Shown here piece by piece: positions 62,123 to 64,000 of a stretch of DNA of 64,000 nt (positions are counted from its first letter, which is position 1; every line of letters begins with the position of its first letter). Source of the DNA: an uncultured Limnohabitans sp. (GTDB lineage: Bacteria; Pseudomonadota; Gammaproteobacteria; Burkholderiales; Burkholderiaceae_C); contig CAZKWC010000006.1 of the NCBI GenBank assembly GCA_964556425.1, positions 2,622 through 66,621 of the forward strand, given 5' to 3'. The translations under genes and the position numbers were made by a program. The notes beneath the pieces are model-generated. The model made no database searches. It saw nothing but the letters and a program-made list of their open reading frames with translations, and was not told the DNA's origin.

Positions 62123-62220
62123 GTGACGAGCCTTGACCCCAGCACTGGATTCACAGTTAGGGCTGCTTGGTTCCCCACCTGACCCGGTTGGCCGCTTCAC
62201 CATGTGGGAAGGCCCGTCAC
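62123..62220 (-). ncRNA. ffs: Signal recognition particle RNA (4.5S RNA)
   Basis: The minus strand reads GUGACGGGCCUU...GGGUCAGGUGGGGAACCAAGCAGCC...AAGGCUCGUCAC. It has the domain IV motif with a GGAA tetraloop, and a 12-bp terminal helix pairs the 5' and 3' ends. Ends are accurate to within a few nt. Confidence 0.85.
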
Positions 62221-62225
62221 TGCAT

Positions 62226-62254
62226 ATTGTATAGGATCAAATGCAGTTTTTCTA
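62226..62254 (-). promoter_or_regulatory. Candidate sigma70 promoter of ffs
   Basis: On the minus strand, -35 TAGAAA (62254-62249), a 17-nt spacer and -10 TACAAT (62231-62226) place +1 at the G at 62220. Confidence 0.55.
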
Positions 62255-62279
62255 GTCATTGCTGAATTAGAATAGAGAA

Positions 62280-64000
62280 ATGTCTCAACTCGTACTCGCC
62301 CGTAAATACAGACCACGCTCATTCCAGGATATGGTTGGGCAAGGGCACGTGGTTCAAGCTTTAAGCAATGCCCTAGAAACAGGGCGTTTGCATCATGCTT
62401 ATATGTTCAATGGCACCCGAGGAGTGGGTAAAACCACGGTTTCTCGAATTTTAGCCAAAGCCCTTAATTGTGTGGGCCCCAACGGTCAAGGTGGTCTAAC
62501 AGCAACACCTTGTGGGGTTTGTTCGTCTTGTCGCGATATTGATTTAGGTCGATTTGTTGATTACACCGAACTCGATGCTGCCTCTAACAGGGGGGTAGAT
62601 GAGGTGCAAAGCCTATTAGAGCAAGCGGTTTATAAGCCTGTACAGGGCCGCTATAAAGTATTTATGATTGACGAGGTGCACATGTTAACAGGCCATGCCT
62701 TTAACGCTATGCTTAAAACTCTAGAGGAGCCCCCGGAATATTTAAAGTTTGTACTGGCCACTACCGATCCGCAAAAGGTACCGGTGACGGTTTTATCAAG
62801 GTGTTTGCAATTTAATTTAAAACCAATTCCACCTCAAGTAGTCGAGCAACATTTACAAACTGTCATGCATGCCGAAGGCTTAAGCAGCCAAGATTTTGCT
62901 TTAGGTTTTATTTCTAGGGCTGCTCGCGGTTCAATGCGAGATGCCTTGTCTTTGTTAGACCAGGCCATTGCTTTTGGTGGAGTGAATTCTCAAGTTGCTT
63001 TATCGGAGCAGACGGTACGGCAAATGTTGGGGGCAGTTGATAAAACTTATGTTTTAAAAATATTAGCCGCCATTGCAGATGTGAATGGGGCTGCCTTAAT
63101 CAAGGTTTGTGACGGATTGCGACTCGAGGGTTTTAGTGCCAGTGCCACGATTGATGAACTCACACGGGTTTTGCAGCGAATTGCCGTGTTACAGGCGACT
63201 CAAAATTTATCACCTCATGTTTCAGATGCGTCCGACCCTGAAATAGCAGATTTTAAAATTCTAGCTCAGGCATTGCCAGCCGATGTGGTACAGTTAATTT
63301 ATAGTATTGCCTTGCATGGTCGTCAAGAGTTGGGCTTGGCCCCCGACGAATACGCTGCGCTTAATATGATTTTATTAAGAGCATTGGTGTTTATGCCAAA
63401 GTCAACCGTGCCCTCAGGAGCTTTATCGGTCACTGAAACACTAGGACAAAAATCCAATAATTTTATAAGTACCGAAAACCATCTAGCCAGCACCGATGCA
63501 CCGCTTAGCGCACCCCTTGCAGTCGTAACTAACACAGTAAGTCATTCTGTTCCAGAAACCCTCGCTTCCCCAGCGGTATCCGTTACACCAATTGCGGTGC
63601 CTACAGCGCCTCAACTTATTGATTCACCTTCAACTCCTGTTGCTCCAGCTAGTCATAATGCTCCGTCCGCCATCACGAGTACTCCAACTAGCACGGCTAA
63701 CCTAGACAATATCTCTCCATCATTAAGGGCTTTAGTTCAAGCACAATCCACACCCACTACAGGGCAGCCAGTTCAGCCAGCTCATTCCGTACGACAACTA
63801 CCGGTTCGTACACTCACCGAGCCAGAGGTCATGCCTGAAGCTGAAGTTATACATTTAACTCCTAGCCCCGTATTAGTTAAGCCTCAATATCAAGCCACCG
63901 AGGCGGGTGACTTTTGGTTAAAGGTGGTTCAAGATTTGGTGAAAAAAGAGTTGGTGAACGCTTTTGTTCGTGAATTGGCCTTGCAGTCTCAATTAATAGC
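62280..64000 (+). CDS. dnaX: DNA polymerase III subunit gamma/tau (3' end outside the window; absent from the ORF track)
   Basis: Hand translation from ATG 62280 gives MSQLVLARKYRPRSFQDMVGQGHVVQAL, Walker A GTRGVGKTT, Zn module CGVCSSCRDI, Walker B IDEVHML and sensor SRC. A P/S/T-rich linker follows, then DFWLKVVQDLVKKEL. I saw no in-frame stop before the window end. Confidence 0.93.
   Translation, partial: MSQLVLARKYRPRSFQDMVGQGHVVQALSNALETGRLHHAYMFNGTRGVGKTTVSRILAKALNCVGPNGQGGLTATPCGVCSSCRDIDLGRFVDYTELDAASNRGVDEVQSLLEQAVYKPVQGRYKVFMIDEVHMLTGHAFNAMLKTLEEPPEYLKFVLATTDPQKVPVTVLSRCLQFNLKPIPPQVVEQHLQTVMHAEGLSSQDFALGFISRAARGSMRDALSLLDQAIAFGGVNSQVALSEQTVRQMLGAVDKTYVLKILAAIADVNGAALIKVCDGLRLEGFSASATIDELTRVLQRIAVLQATQNLSPHVSDASDPEIADFKILAQALPADVVQLIYSIALHGRQELGLAPDEYAALNMILLRALVFMPKSTVPSGALSVTETLGQKSNNFISTENHLASTDAPLSAPLAVVTNTVSHSVPETLASPAVSVTPIAVPTAPQLIDSPSTPVAPASHNAPSAITSTPTSTANLDNISPSLRALVQAQSTPTTGQPVQPAHSVRQLPVRTLTEPEVMPEAEVIHLTPSPVLVKPQYQATEAGDFWLKVVQDLVKKELVNAFVRELALQSQLI

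Noticed and set aside
63940-63950. A-run GTGAAAAAAGAG in dnaX as a possible programmed -1 frameshift site like E. coli A AAA AAG.
   Set aside because: In the zero frame the codons are GTG AAA AAA GAG, so the slippery heptamer is out of register. It also lies far beyond domain III, where the gamma/tau frameshift occurs.

Overview
Mostly core chromosome from a moderately AT-rich betaproteobacterium. The taxon is an inference from Burkholderiales-like gene order: clpS-clpA, rsfS-rlmH-maf-rng, tolB-pal-cpoB, lpxH-ppiB-ppiA, ffs next to dnaX. About 55 protein genes are densely packed on both strands. They cover housekeeping functions (icd, clpSA, sbcB, purD, purN, hemF, msbA, lexA, surE, rhlE, gshA, dnaX), acyl-CoA metabolism and a few exported proteins of unknown function. 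RNA genes are tRNA-Lys(UUU), tRNA-Pro(UGG), tRNA-Arg(UCU) and a minus-strand SRP (4.5S) RNA. The ORF track misses both the SRP RNA and the 3'-open dnaX ORF (62280 to window end). I found no CRISPR array, IS element, integrase, phage gene or recognisable defence or toxin module, so I see no clear-cut novel system and most of the window is ordinary. The observations most worth follow-up are: (1) a three-gene exported operon (59255-61948) ending in an OmpA_C-anchored protein with a roughly 190 aa Thr/Asn/Ser spacer; (2) a conserved intergenic element of about 70-95 nt present twice with identical internal spacing (32325-32419 and 44908-45002), plus a degenerate inverted partner (45048-45080); (3) a phosphotransferase plus ACAD10/11-like dehydrogenase pair with a Crp-family regulator and a candidate operator; (4) a LuxR solo that keeps all the AHL-binding invariants I could align; (5) RsfS and RhlE carrying very long low-complexity tails; (6) tandem LexA boxes and an orphan gene downstream of lexA. 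All calls come from reading the sequence and translations by eye. Family names reflect motif recognition, not database searches, and motif coordinates may be off by a few nucleotides.
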